64,000 bases of DNA from NCBI GenBank assembly GCA_963778655.1, contig CAVZVA010000009.1:768001-832000 (forward strand), read 5' to 3'. This document shows, piece by piece, positions 1 through 12,530 of this stretch; the stretch's first letter is position 1; each line of letters opens with the position of its first letter. The notes under the pieces were generated by a model. It ran no database searches, was not told the origin of the DNA, and saw only the letters and a list, made by a program, of their open reading frames with translations. Source of the DNA: an uncultured delta proteobacterium. GTDB taxonomy: Bacteria; Myxococcota_A; Polyangia; Polyangiales; JAFGIB01. The position numbers were made by a program, and so were the translations under genes.

Positions 1-235
1 CCGCGGAGCGTTGGTTTCGTCGCCGATTCCCCGCCGACACAGGATAGCAAAGGCCCGCGCGCGCGGTAGCTGCGTCGGGTTTCGACGCGGTGGTCCCGCC
101 GCACGCCTGGTCGGGCTTGCGCAGCAGCCGTTTGCAGGGTAGAGCGGCGCGCAGAAGAGCGCCTGCGCGACCACGGCCGGCCGACGCATCCTCGGTCGCG
201 GCGCGCCAGCCCGGCTCGACAGGAGGCAGAACAAC

Positions 236-982
236 GTGCTCGAGCAGCTAGCTGCACTGGCCAAGATCGCGGAAATCGACGCAGAGGCGTTGCGAACCGA
301 GACCGAGCTCAAAGAGATACCGGAGCGCACCGCTGAGCTCGACAACGACGTCCGGCGCCTGGGGGAGTTGCTGGCCGCCGAGCGCAACGAGCTGCAGGAA
401 GCCGACGGGCTGCTCGCGGCCCAGGAGGAGGAGCTGCAGAATCAGACGCAGGCGCTGGCCCGCTCCAAGGCAAAATCGGCTCGAGCGCGCAACATGCGCG
501 AGGCCGATGCGGTCGAGCGCGAGCTGGAAGTCATCCGGCGTTCGATGAAGGACCGCGAGGAAGAGCGCCAGACCCTGCGTGCGGCGATCGAGAAGCGCCG
601 CGGCTCGATGGACAAGCATGGCAAGGAGCTGGCCGAGCTGCAGAGCTTCGCCGACGCGGAAAAGGCCAAGGCCGAGGCGCGGATGAAGGAGCTGGGCGCG
701 GTCCGCGATCAGGTCATGGCGGGCCGCCGCGAGCTGGCGGCCAAGCTTCCGGCCGATGTGCTCAGGCGCTACGAGATGATCCGCGAGAAGCGCTCGGCGG
801 GGGCAGTCCCGATCCGCAACGGCATCTGCGGCGGCTGCAACACCTCGCTGCGACCCAACCAGAATGTGGCCGTTTTGCGCGGCGACACCTTCGAGCAGTG
901 CCCGCGCTGCCAGCGCCTGCTGTTCTCGCCCGAGACGATCAAGGGCTACGAGGACGCCAAAGCCGCGGTGCAGGACCAGTAG
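236..982 (+). CDS. Coiled-coil protein with C-terminal C4 zinc ribbon (DUF164/zf-RING_7-like)
   Basis: Long heptad-rich coil followed by CGGC...CPRC; AGGAGG upstream of the GTG start. Confidence 0.85.
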   Translation: MLEQLAALAKIAEIDAEALRTETELKEIPERTAELDNDVRRLGELLAAERNELQEADGLLAAQEEELQNQTQALARSKAKSARARNMREADAVERELEVIRRSMKDREEERQTLRAAIEKRRGSMDKHGKELAELQSFADAEKAKAEARMKELGAVRDQVMAGRRELAAKLPADVLRRYEMIREKRSAGAVPIRNGICGGCNTSLRPNQNVAVLRGDTFEQCPRCQRLLFSPETIKGYEDAKAAVQDQ

Positions 983-1020
983 CGCGGACCACGCTCGCGA
1001 GCGCGCGTGCTCCCCAACCC

Positions 1021-1196
1021 CTAGAGCACCGAACATCTGGACCTGTGATCCCTTACCTATCTCGAGACGCCCTCGCCGCCGCTCGCGGCGTTGCGCGACC
1101 TTGAAATACCACGCAGTATTCCTGTGATCGCGCGCCTTGCGAGCAAGGCCGAGCTCGCGCCGATACAGGCAAGAAATCACCGAGTCAGGGGACTAG
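1021..1196. mobile_element. Putative MITE / structured repeat bounded by CTAG
   Basis: CTAG at 1021-1024 and 1193-1196; long imperfect hairpin 1082-1143 with AATAC/GTATT core; no credible ORF. Confidence 0.45.
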
Positions 1197-2113
1197 ACCA
1201 TCGTCAGCCACTGGGGGTGCAGCAACTCGGGGCCCCGCACCACCTGAAAGAAGCGGTCCTGCAGGCGCTTGGTCAGCGCTCCGCGCGTGCCGCCGCCCAC
1301 CTTGCGCTCGTCGACCTCGCGCACCGGTGTCAGCTCCGCCGCGGTGCCGGTGAAGAAGACCTCGTCGGCCGTGTACAACTCGTCGCGCGACACCGGGCGC
1401 TCGCTGGCGTCGATTCCCAGCTCGCGGCACAGCGTCAGCACGGTGTCGCGGGTAATGCCGCCCAGGATGGAGCCTCCCAGCGAAGGGGTGACCACCTTGC
1501 CGCGCTTGATCAGGAACACGTTTTCGCCCGAGGCCTCCGCCACGTAGCCCTGCGGATCGAGCATGATCGCTTCGTCGTAGCCGGCCGCGACCACCTCGCG
1601 CTTCGCCAGCGTCGAGTTGACGTAGTTGCCCACGATCTTGGCCTTGGTCATGGCGGTGTTCACGCCCGGCCGGCTGAACGAGCTGACCTTGGCGCGAATG
1701 CCTTTTTCGAGACCCTCGTCGCCGAGGTAGGCACCCCAGCGCCAGACGGCGATGCAGAGCTGGACCGGATTGTCGCGACCGTAAAGGCCCATCGCGCCCT
1801 GGCCCAGGTAGGCGAGCGGCCGGATGTAGCACTCGTCGAGCTTGTTGACCCGAATGGTCTCGAGGCAGGCGTCGGTGACCTGCTCGGGGCTGAAGCGCAG
1901 GGGCATGTCCGCCACCCGGGCGGAGTCGAACAGCCGCTCCACGTGTTCCTGCAGCCGGAACACGGCGCTGCGGCCGTCGCTGCGCCGATAGCAGCGGATG
2001 CCTTCGAACACCCCGAGCCCGTAGTGCAGGGTGTGGGTGAGCACGTGCACTTTGGCCTCGTCCCAGGAGACCAGCGCGCCGTCCATCCAGATCTTCTCAA
2101 CCTTGTCGACCAT
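1193..2113 (-). CDS. ilvE: Branched-chain amino acid aminotransferase
   Basis: LHYGLGVFEGIR, AKIVGNY (PLP Lys), EASGENVF, GITR, FFTGTAAE motifs. Confidence 0.95.
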   Translation of the reverse strand: MVDKVEKIWMDGALVSWDEAKVHVLTHTLHYGLGVFEGIRCYRRSDGRSAVFRLQEHVERLFDSARVADMPLRFSPEQVTDACLETIRVNKLDECYIRPLAYLGQGAMGLYGRDNPVQLCIAVWRWGAYLGDEGLEKGIRAKVSSFSRPGVNTAMTKAKIVGNYVNSTLAKREVVAAGYDEAIMLDPQGYVAEASGENVFLIKRGKVVTPSLGGSILGGITRDTVLTLCRELGIDASERPVSRDELYTADEVFFTGTAAELTPVREVDERKVGGGTRGALTKRLQDRFFQVVRGPELLHPQWLTMV

Positions 2114-2395
2114 CGCCTACCTGCTCGGGCCTATAGTGGCACGCATAGCACAATTGGCGTGCCGGTCCGATTCTACCCCATCCCCGCGCCGCGCCGCATC
2201 CCGCTGCCGCGCATGCCAACCGCGCGAATTCATGGGACTCGTTCCTTTCGCGCCGGCGGCACCCGAGGTTGACGGCCGCAGGGCCATGGAGTAGAACCCG
2301 CGCGCACTTTCCTGTGGTTCTCCGCGCTTGCGGCCGACGGCGGTGGCCGCAGGGTATGCCAGCCGCGAGCAGCTTGCGGCAGTGCGAGGTTTAGC

Positions 2396-2782
2396 GTGCC
2401 CTTGCTGCTGACAGAGTCTTGGTGGTCGATGCAACCGGAGCCGTCCAAGAGCTCCAGCCAAGCGCCGGCTAGCGGCTCGCATAGCGCCTCGCCGCCTTCG
2501 GGCCTGGCCGCGGCGCAGCCGCTGCTGTTCCTGGTCGTGATGTTCGGCGTCTTCTACTTCCTGCTGATCCGCCCGCAGCAGAAGCGCCAGCGCGAGACCG
2601 ATTCGATGTTGAAGGCGCTGCGCAAGGGCGACAAGGTCCGGACCAGCGGAGGCCTTCGCGGTGAGGTGGTCGATCTGACCGACGCCGAGGTGACGCTGCT
2701 CATCGCCGACAAGGTCAAGGTCAACGTTCTGCGCTCGCACGTCGCCTCGCGCATCACTTCGGACGCCAAGGAGAAGGCGTAG
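2396..2782 (+). CDS. yajC: Preprotein translocase subunit YajC (start uncertain; ATG 2429 possible)
   Basis: FYFLLIRPQQKR...LRKGDKVRTSGGLRG; immediately upstream of secD. Confidence 0.93.
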   Translation: MPLLLTESWWSMQPEPSKSSSQAPASGSHSASPPSGLAAAQPLLFLVVMFGVFYFLLIRPQQKRQRETDSMLKALRKGDKVRTSGGLRGEVVDLTDAEVTLLIADKVKVNVLRSHVASRITSDAKEKA

Positions 2783-2818
2783 CGGCCGCGGAGTCGCCGT
2801 GCCGCTCGCCCCCACGCC

Positions 2819-4649
2819 ATGCAGAGAGGTTGGTACCTTCGCTTACTGCTGATGCTCTCCGTCACGGTCGCGGCCTGGACCGTGCTCTGGCCGAGCCTGG
2901 GCTCGTGGCTGCCGTCGCCGGCATTCGTGCGCAAGATCGTGAGCGGGCGCATCAGCCCGGGGCTCGACATCCGCGGCGGCCTGCGGCTCACCTACGACGT
3001 CGACATCGGCGAGGCCGTGCGCGACCGCCGCGATCTGCGCGCCGACGAGATCACGCGTGAGCTCGGCGAGCGCTTGGGCCTGATCCAGAAGGGCCAGACG
3101 CCCACCCGCGAGCAGTTCGCCAAGGTCAAGGAGAAGGTCAGCGTCAAGCCCGAGGGGGACCGCCGTATCCGCTTCAGCTTCAAGAGCGCTGCCGACGCCA
3201 AGAAGCTCGATCACGAGCTGGTCGGCCACTACGGTGACCTGCGCGAGGTCTCGGGCGACGACGAGCACGCGGTGCTCGAGGTCAGGACCGACTTCCTGGA
3301 GCAGATCCAGGATACCGCCGTGCAGCAGGCGCGTGAGACGATCGAAAACCGCGTCGACGGTCTCGGCCTGCGCGAGGCCTCCGTCACCGCCCAGAACACC
3401 GACATCATCGTCGAGGTACCGGGCGCCAACCAGGCGGTCTTCGATCGCATCCGCCAGATCATCAGCAAGACGGCGCGCCTGGAGTTTCTGATCGTCGACG
3501 ACGACGCGAGCTTCGTCGCGGACCTCAAGGATTCTGCCTGAAGGGATCACCAAGCACACCGAGGTGGTGTCGGCCGGCGTGAGCAAGCCGCAGGTGCAGT
3601 CGACCTACCTGGTGGCGCGCGGCAAGGACGCCCGCAAGCGCTTGCAGGACTACATCGACAAGCTCAAGAAGGCCGGGACCATTCCCGAGGACCACACGCT
3701 GGCCGTCGGCGAGCTGGACCGCGCCGACGCGCAGAGCCCGGGCAAGAGCTCGGAGCCGGCCTGGCGCACGTATTACATGTTCGGGCGCGCCGAGGTCACC
3801 GGGCAGGCGATCGAGGACGCGTTCGTCGCCACCGACCCGCAGACCAACAAGCCCTACGTCTCGCTCAACTTCAACCGCGACGGCGCCGACGTGTTCGAGG
3901 AGCTCACCGGGCGCAACGTCAAGCGCCGCATGGCGATCGTGCTCGACGATCGCGTGGCCTCGGCGCCGGTGATTCAGACCAAGATCGGCGGCGGCCGCTG
4001 CCAGATCACGTTGGGGGGATTCCGCCCCTACAACGAGGTGCTCAACGAGGCCAAGGATCTGGTGATCGTGCTCAAGGCCGGCGCGCTGCCGGTTCCGATC
4101 CGGCCCTCGAACGAGCAGATGATCGGTCCCACGCTGGGTCGCGACGGCGTCGAGCAGGGCGTCAAGGGCGGGCTCATCAGCATCGTCATCGTGCTGCTGT
4201 TCATGGCCATGTACTACGAGGTCGGCGGGGTGATCGCGGACGTGATGGTGCTGCTGCACATCATGCTCCTGCTCGCCTCGCAGGCCTTCTTCGAGGCCTC
4301 GCTGACGCTGCCGGGGCTGGTGGCGATCGCGCTCAACACCGGCATGTGCGTCGACGCCAACGTGCTGGTCAACGAGCGCATCCGCGAGGAGCTGCGCAAC
4401 GGCAAGTCGCCGCGGGCGGCGGTCGAGCAGGGCTTCTCGCGCGCGTTCTCCTCCATCTTCGACTCGCAGATCACCACGCTGATCGCGGGCGTGGTGCTGC
4501 TGCAGTACGGAACCGGGCCGATCAAGGGCTTCGCCGTGACGCTGATTCTCGGCATATGCACCTCGTTGTTCACCGGCGTGTTCTGCTCGCGCGTGGCGTT
4601 CGACTGGATTGTGCGTGGCCTGCGCGTGCAAAACCTGAGGGTCGGGTAA
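2819..4649 (+). CDS. secD: Protein translocase subunit SecD, split by a 1-nt insertion near 3532 (probable sequencing error)
   Basis: GLDIRGG, RVDGLG, IIVEVPG in ORF 2819-3541; AIVLD, IGPTLG, DANVLVNERIREE in ORF 3564-4649; removing one T at GATTCT joins the frames. Confidence 0.92.
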
Positions 4650-4653
4650 GGCG

Positions 4654-5784
4654 ATGGAGTTCTTCAAGCCCGGTGTCACCTACGATTTCTTTCGCTACCG
4701 CTGGCCCTTCATCCTCACCTCGATCGGTCTGTGCTCGCTGAGCCTGATCTCGCTGATCTGGCCGGGGCCGAAGTTCGGGATCGATTTCAAGGGCGGCACC
4801 GAGGTCGAGCTCCAGCTCAAGGGCAACACCTCGCCGTCCGACCTCCGGCGCGCGGTGATCGAGCTGGGCTTCGGCCATCCCGACGTGATCGCGGTGCAAG
4901 GGGGGGTCAAGAACCACTACATCCTGCGCCTGGACCAGGTCTCATCGCTGTCGACCAAGCAGGTCGACAACGCGCGCAAGGCGCTCGACCAGGGTCTGGG
5001 AGAGGCCAAGGTGGTCGAGATGCAGGCCTCGCCCGGCGGCGACAAGCTCTCGCTGCAGCTCTCGGCGTCGGCCCAAACCGACGCCATCCAGCAGGCGCTG
5101 GCGGGCTCGGGGCTGAAGGTGCGCGAGGTGGTGGTATTCGGCAATGCGCGCGACTTCCGCTACGAGGCGCAGCTGGTGGGCATCGGAGACAAGCTGGTCC
5201 GCGGGCTCCAGGAGAAGCTGGGCGCCAAGGCACCCGAGCGGCCCCTGCGCGTCGAGTGGGTCGGCCCCAAGGCCGGCCAGCAGCTGCGCGATGCGGCGCT
5301 CAAGGCGATCATGTACGCGATGGCGTGCATCGTGGTCTATGTGGCGTTTCGCTTCGACCTGCGTTTCGCGCCCGGCGGCGTGATCGCGCTGCTGCACGAC
5401 GCCTTGATCACGCTGGGCGTGTACGTGGTGCTGCAGAAGGAAGTCACCTTGGGCACGATCGCCGCCGTGCTGACCGTGATCGGCTACTCGATCAACGACA
5501 CGATTGTGGTCTACGACCGCATCCGCGAGAACATGCAGCGGATGCGCAACGCCACCCTGGCGCACCTGATCAACGTCAGTACCTCGCAGACGCTAGGCCG
5601 CACGGTGATCACCTCGGCCATGGCGCTGGTCTCGGTGCTCGGCTTCTTCATCTGGGGCACGCCGCTGATCCGCGACATCGTGTTCGCGCTGAGCATCGGC
5701 TTCGTGGTCGGCACCTACTCCTCGATCTACATCGCCGCGCCGCTGACGGAGTGGATGGACCGCCGCCTCTTCCGCAGGGGGTAG
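4654..5784 (+). CDS. secF: Protein translocase subunit SecF
   Basis: GIDFKGG, VGPKAG, GYSINDTIVVYDRIRE, GTYSSIYIA. Confidence 0.96.
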   Translation: MEFFKPGVTYDFFRYRWPFILTSIGLCSLSLISLIWPGPKFGIDFKGGTEVELQLKGNTSPSDLRRAVIELGFGHPDVIAVQGGVKNHYILRLDQVSSLSTKQVDNARKALDQGLGEAKVVEMQASPGGDKLSLQLSASAQTDAIQQALAGSGLKVREVVVFGNARDFRYEAQLVGIGDKLVRGLQEKLGAKAPERPLRVEWVGPKAGQQLRDAALKAIMYAMACIVVYVAFRFDLRFAPGGVIALLHDALITLGVYVVLQKEVTLGTIAAVLTVIGYSINDTIVVYDRIRENMQRMRNATLAHLINVSTSQTLGRTVITSAMALVSVLGFFIWGTPLIRDIVFALSIGFVVGTYSSIYIAAPLTEWMDRRLFRRG

Positions 5785-5795
5785 CTCCCGAGAAG

Positions 5796-5902
5796 GCAAC
5801 AGCAAGCTGGGAAGGCGGGAAGATCTGAGGATCGACGCCGATCGGCTCGGTCTGCTCGCGGCCAACATGGCTTTCCTCCTGTCTTCCCGTCTCCCTGTGA
5901 TC
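5796..5902. repeat. REP-like palindromic element, copy 1
   Basis: Arms GCAACAGCAAGCTGGGAAGGCGGGAAGA and TCCTGTCTTCCCGTCTCCCTGTGATC; inverted relative to the copy at 16879. Confidence 0.7.
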
Positions 5903-5981
5903 AGGAAGGCGTGTAGGCGTGCTTGCGCGCTCGCGCCGGCGCGGCCGACTCGTGTAGGCTGCGCGGCATGAGGCCGCCGCG

Positions 5982-7664
5982 ATGATGCGCCTCGAGCTTC
6001 GCGAGCCGGACCCGCAGGCCGCCGCCGCGCTCGGACAGGCGACCGGGCTGTGCCCGGCGGTGGCGCAGATCCTGCTGCACCGGGGACTGCACGAGCCGCA
6101 GGCCGCACGCGCGTTTCTCGCTCCCCGGCTGTCCGAGCTCAGCCCGCCCGGGGCGATGGCCGATCGCGCCGCGGCCGCGGAACGGCTCGCGCTGGCGGTG
6201 CGCCGGGGCGAGTCGATCGCGGTGTTCGGCGACTACGATGTCGACGGCACCACCAGCGCGGCGATCACCGCCGGCATTCTCGAGCAGCTCGGCGGGCGCG
6301 TGCGGGTCTGGCTCGCGAACCGCTTCGAGGGCGGCTATGGCCTGAGCGAGCCGGCGCTGGCGCGCATCCTCGACGCGCGTCCGGCCGTGCTGGTGACCTG
6401 CGACTGCGGCTCGAGCGACCACCCGCGCATCGCCCGCGCGCGCGAGCTCGGCATCGACGTGATCGTGGTCGATCACCACCTGGTGCCGGAGCAGCCGCTG
6501 CCGGCGCTGGCGTTTCTCAATCCGCACCGGCCCGACTGCGGCTTTCCGTACAAGGGGCTGTGCAGCGCCGGGCTGGCGCTCTCGCTCGGGGCCGAGGTGC
6601 GCGCCCGGCTCGACGCCCAGCTCGACCTGCGCGCGTGGCTCGACCTGGTCGCGCTCGGGACGATCGCCGACGTGGCTCCGCTCGACGGCGACAACCGGCG
6701 CCTGGTCCGCGCAGGGCTCGCGCTGCTGGCCTCGCCGGCAGCGCGTCCGGGCGTGGTCGCGCTGCGCGAGCTGGCCAGGATCAAGGCGGGGGCGAGCCTG
6801 TGCGCGAGCGACGTCGCGTTTCGCATGACGCCGCGCCTCAACGCCGCCGGTCGTCTGGGCGATCCGGGGCTCACGCTGTCGCTGCTGCAAGCGCGCAGCC
6901 TGCCCGAGGCGCGCGCGCTCGCGGCGCGCATCGAGCAGCACAACGACCGGCGCAAGGCGATCGAGACCGAGGTGACGGAGGCGGCCTGCGCGCAGGTGTT
7001 GGAGCGCTACGGATCTGCGCCGGGCTGTGCCGTGGTGGTGGCGGCGGAGGGCTGGCATCGCGGCGTGATCGGCATCACCGCGGCGCGCTTGTGCGAGCGC
7101 TTCGGTGTGCCGGCGCTGGTGATCGCGCTCGACGGGCCGATCGGCCACGGCAGCGCGCGCGCGCCCGAGGGCTGCGCGCTGTTCGACGCGATCGCCGCCT
7201 GCGCGCCGCTGCTCGAGCGCTTCGGCGGACACCAGGCGGCCAGTGGGCTGACCGTGCGTGCCGACCGCGTCGACGCGCTGCGCGGCGCGTTGCAGGCTGG
7301 CACCGCCGGCTGGGTGCAGGCTGCGGGAGGCGTGGCCCCAGCCCGCGTCGACGTGGTGGTCGCTCCCGGGGGCTATGCGCTGCCGCCGGCCTCGGATCTG
7401 GCACGCCTGGAACCCTTGGGGGAAGGCAACGCCGAGCCGGTCTTCTTGCTGCAGGAAGCCCGGGTCGAGCGCGCGGCCACGGTTGGGCGCGGGCACCTCA
7501 AGCTCGCGCTCGCGCTGGGCGAGCGGCGGCTGTCGGCGTTCGGCCTGGAGATGGGTCCGCGCGCTCCGGAGCCCGGGCGCTCCATCACTGCGCTGGGCGC
7601 GCTGCGGCCCGACAACTGGGCCGGCGGCGAGCGCGTCGAGCTACGCCTGCTCGACTTCGAGTAG
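5982..7664 (+). CDS. recJ: Single-stranded-DNA exonuclease RecJ
   Basis: GDYDVDG, DCG, DHH, GTIADV, PRLNAAGR, GGH motifs. Confidence 0.95.
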   Translation: MMRLELREPDPQAAAALGQATGLCPAVAQILLHRGLHEPQAARAFLAPRLSELSPPGAMADRAAAAERLALAVRRGESIAVFGDYDVDGTTSAAITAGILEQLGGRVRVWLANRFEGGYGLSEPALARILDARPAVLVTCDCGSSDHPRIARARELGIDVIVVDHHLVPEQPLPALAFLNPHRPDCGFPYKGLCSAGLALSLGAEVRARLDAQLDLRAWLDLVALGTIADVAPLDGDNRRLVRAGLALLASPAARPGVVALRELARIKAGASLCASDVAFRMTPRLNAAGRLGDPGLTLSLLQARSLPEARALAARIEQHNDRRKAIETEVTEAACAQVLERYGSAPGCAVVVAAEGWHRGVIGITAARLCERFGVPALVIALDGPIGHGSARAPEGCALFDAIAACAPLLERFGGHQAASGLTVRADRVDALRGALQAGTAGWVQAAGGVAPARVDVVVAPGGYALPPASDLARLEPLGEGNAEPVFLLQEARVERAATVGRGHLKLALALGERRLSAFGLEMGPRAPEPGRSITALGALRPDNWAGGERVELRLLDFE

Positions 7665-7779
7665 GGGGAGGGGGGGCGGTCGCTGCAGGCCTCTCGCGCC
7701 CGTGTTCCAGGCGCGCTAGACTGCGCCCGGCGCTCTGGCCGAGGCGTCGCGGCCCGTTCGTTCGGAGGATCAAGACGAC

Positions 7780-8409
7780 ATGAATGCACCCCGATCCAAT
7801 CCTCGCCCGCGTTCGCTCGGCGTCTGGGGCTCGGCGCTGGTGGCCGCGCTGCTGGCTGCGAGCTCGCTTTGCGCACCGAGCCATGTGCTGGCCCAGTCGA
7901 GCAGCAGCGCAACGACCACGACCCACCCGATCAAGGCCGACTTCAAGGGCGCGACCGGCCTGGGCCTGATCGGCATGGAGCTCGGCTTCGTGGTCCCGGC
8001 CGTGGCCGGGGCGCGTGGTGCCTGGCCCTACATCGTGTTCCCGATTGCGGGTGCCGGCGGCGGTGCCGCGGCGGGCTACTTCCTGCTCGAGAAGGGCAGC
8101 GGCCACCCCAAGCTTGCGGTTGCGTCCCTGGTGACCGGCATGGCGCTGTTGATCCCGTCGCTGGTGCTGACCCTGGCCGAGACCGCATACGAGCCGGACG
8201 AGGAAGCGCCCACCGCCAGCCTGCGCAGGCGGCTGGAGAGCGCGTCGGCCGCCGGACCCGGGCTGGTGCGCTGGTCCGAGAAGCAAGGGGTGTTCGTGGC
8301 GCCTCCCGGGATTGGCGTCGAGCCCGGGGTCTCGCCGCAAGAGGCGTTGCGCACCGGGGCCTCGAGCGAGCGCGTGCTGCACGCCTCCGTGCTCTCGGGT
8401 GTCTTCTGA
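7780..8409 (+). CDS. Hypothetical exported/membrane protein
   Basis: Signal-like N-terminus and three Gly-rich hydrophobic segments; host-like codon usage. Confidence 0.7.
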   Translation: MNAPRSNPRPRSLGVWGSALVAALLAASSLCAPSHVLAQSSSSATTTTHPIKADFKGATGLGLIGMELGFVVPAVAGARGAWPYIVFPIAGAGGGAAAGYFLLEKGSGHPKLAVASLVTGMALLIPSLVLTLAETAYEPDEEAPTASLRRRLESASAAGPGLVRWSEKQGVFVAPPGIGVEPGVSPQEALRTGASSERVLHASVLSGVF

Positions 8410-9382
8410 GCCCGAGCCCGGCGCGGGTGGCAACCCCGCGCTGATTCTCGCCCGCGTGCGGCGTACGATCCGCGAGCGCGGCTTGATCGACTCCGGCACG
8501 CGGGTGTTGGTGGGCTGCTCGGGCGGCCCGGACTCGGCCGCCCTGCTGCACGTAATGGCGCGGCTTGCGCCCGAGCTCGGCTTCGATCTGGAGGCGGCTT
8601 GCGTGGACCACGGCCTGCGCCGCGATGCGGCCGCGGAGGTGGAGATCGCGCGCGAGCAAGCCGCCCGGGCGGCGGTGCCATTTCATTCGCTGCGCGTCGA
8701 GGTGAGCGCCGCGGCCTCGCTGCAGGCCGCCGCGCGCGAGGCCCGCTACCGTGCGCTCTTGGCCCTGGCCGCCCGGCTGGGTGCCCGGCGCATCGCCGTG
8801 GGTCACACCCGTGACGACCAGGCCGAGACCGTGCTGATGCGGCTGCTGCGCGGCGCCGGTGTAGGTGGCCTGGCCGGGATCGAGCCGCTACGCAGCGACG
8901 GCGTGGTGCGACCGCTGCTCGACTGCCGGCGGGCCGACGTGGCGGCATTCGCGGCGCAGCATTGCGCGCGCATTGCGCGCGACCCGAGCAACCACGACCC
9001 GCGCTTCGAGCGCGTGCGGGTGCGGGCGGCATTGTTGCCCGCGCTGCTGCAGGAGGACCCCGCCGTGGTCGAGCACCTGGCCGACCTTGCGGACGACGCC
9101 CGCGGCGCGTCCGAGGCGCTCGTGGCCGAGGCCCGCTCGCTGCTCGGGAGCTCGAGTCAAGACGACGAGAGCATTGATGTTTCCGGCTGGACCCGGGCGC
9201 CGTCTGCGGTCCGGATGTGGGCATTGCGGTTGTGGCTGGCGCGCGCGACCGGCCGCGAGCCGGGCCGCAGCCAGCTCGAGGCGGCCGAGCGGGCGCGCGG
9301 CGCTGCCGCCGAGATCTGGCTCGCGGACGGATTCGTGCTGTGCAGCCGGGGCGACGGCCGGCTCGCGCTACAGCGGCGCTGA
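8399..9382 (+). CDS. tilS: tRNA(Ile)-lysidine synthetase (GTG 8399 inferred as start)
   Basis: SGGPDS PP-loop, DHGLR, AAREARY, GHTRDDQAET, RPLL; upstream of ftsH. Confidence 0.93.
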   Translation: MSSEPEPGAGGNPALILARVRRTIRERGLIDSGTRVLVGCSGGPDSAALLHVMARLAPELGFDLEAACVDHGLRRDAAAEVEIAREQAARAAVPFHSLRVEVSAAASLQAAAREARYRALLALAARLGARRIAVGHTRDDQAETVLMRLLRGAGVGGLAGIEPLRSDGVVRPLLDCRRADVAAFAAQHCARIARDPSNHDPRFERVRVRAALLPALLQEDPAVVEHLADLADDARGASEALVAEARSLLGSSSQDDESIDVSGWTRAPSAVRMWALRLWLARATGREPGRSQLEAAERARGAAAEIWLADGFVLCSRGDGRLALQRR

Positions 9383-9695
9383 GCCTTGCGCGTGGCACGC
9401 GCGTCCCGCTCCGAGCCTCTCGCGAGCGAGGCTCTGCGGCGCCGTTCGGGCGCTTCCAATGGTGACGGATTCCGAACGCCGCCCGCGCCCGAAGCCGCTA
9501 GCGCGCGCAGCGCGCGTGCAGGGTCGGGGCGCCGCGGCGGCGGCGGCGCGCGTCACGACGAACCCGCGGCTTGACCGGACCGGCATCGATGCAACAGTTA
9601 CGAAAACGCGAGAGTTTTCCTTGCATGGCACATGCCGCTATGCTTGAGGTTGGAGGCTGCATGCGAGCGATGATTCCCGGGACCGAGGTCGGCAC

Positions 9696-11621
<1,926 letters not shown>

Positions 11622-11642
11622 ACGGGTTCGCTGGGAGGGTTC

Positions 11643-12530
11643 GTGCGAGCGGCGGGTGCGTGGGCGGCCGACGGCATTGAGGCGGCGCAGCGCTGTCAGA
11701 TCTGGGGGGTGCTGAACGTCACGCCCGACTCCTTCAGCGACGGCGGAGAGCACCTGCGGCTGGACGCAGCGCTGCAACACGCGCGGCGCATGCTGGAGCA
11801 GGGCGCGGACGTGATCGACGTGGGCGGGGCGTCGTCGCGACCGCGTGGCCAGCTGTACGGGGCGGGCGCGCAGCCGGTCACCGCCGAGCAGGAGATCGCG
11901 CGCGTGCGGCCTGTGGTGCAGGCCATCGCCGGCGAGCTGCGGGCGCGCGTGTCGATCGATACCCGGCAGCCAGCGGTCGCGCGCGCGGCGATCGAGGCCG
12001 GCGCTGCAATCGTCAACGACGTGTCGTGCGGGGCCTCGGACGCCTTGCTCGAGCTGGCGGCGGAGCGCGGCGTCGAGTACGTGCTGATGCACACCCGAGG
12101 CGAGGGCGAAGTGCAGCCGCCGAATACCGATTACGAGGACCTGGTGAGTGAGGTGGTAGCGGAGCTGCTGCGCGCGGTGGAGCGCGCGAGCGCGCGCGGC
12201 ATCCAACGAGGCAAGCTCTGGATCGACCCCGGGATCGGCTTTGCCAAGACCGCGCGCCAGTCGGCCGCGTTGCTCGGACACCTCGACGCGCTGGCGGCGA
12301 CCGGGCTGCGCGTGCTGTGCGGGCCCTCGCGCAAGGGCTTCATCGCCGAGCTGGCGCCGGGACCCGCGGGCGAGCGCCCGGGCCCGCGCGAGCGCGAAGC
12401 GGGGACGCTGGCGGCGGTCAGCCTGGCGGTGCTGCAGGGGGCCAGCGGGGTGCGCGTGCACGGGGTGGCCGGCAGCCTGCAGGCGGTGCAGCTGGCCGAG
12501 GCGGTGCGGCGGGAGGCGCGGCGCACGTGA
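11643..12530 (+). CDS. folP: Dihydropteroate synthase
   Basis: GVLNVTPDSFSDGG, DPGIGFAK, SRKGF, RVH. Confidence 0.95.
   Translation: MRAAGAWAADGIEAAQRCQIWGVLNVTPDSFSDGGEHLRLDAALQHARRMLEQGADVIDVGGASSRPRGQLYGAGAQPVTAEQEIARVRPVVQAIAGELRARVSIDTRQPAVARAAIEAGAAIVNDVSCGASDALLELAAERGVEYVLMHTRGEGEVQPPNTDYEDLVSEVVAELLRAVERASARGIQRGKLWIDPGIGFAKTARQSAALLGHLDALAATGLRVLCGPSRKGFIAELAPGPAGERPGPREREAGTLAAVSLAVLQGASGVRVHGVAGSLQAVQLAEAVRREARRT

Noticed and set aside
2819..4649. secD (and tamB, SNF2) as true pseudogenes or programmed frameshifts
   Set aside because: No slippery run or stimulatory structure, both halves are otherwise intact, and the shared motif points to sequencing error
9383..9695. Possible riboswitch or ncRNA upstream of ftsH
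   Set aside because: Only short GC hairpins (e.g. GAGCCTC...GAGGCTC); no recognisable family motif
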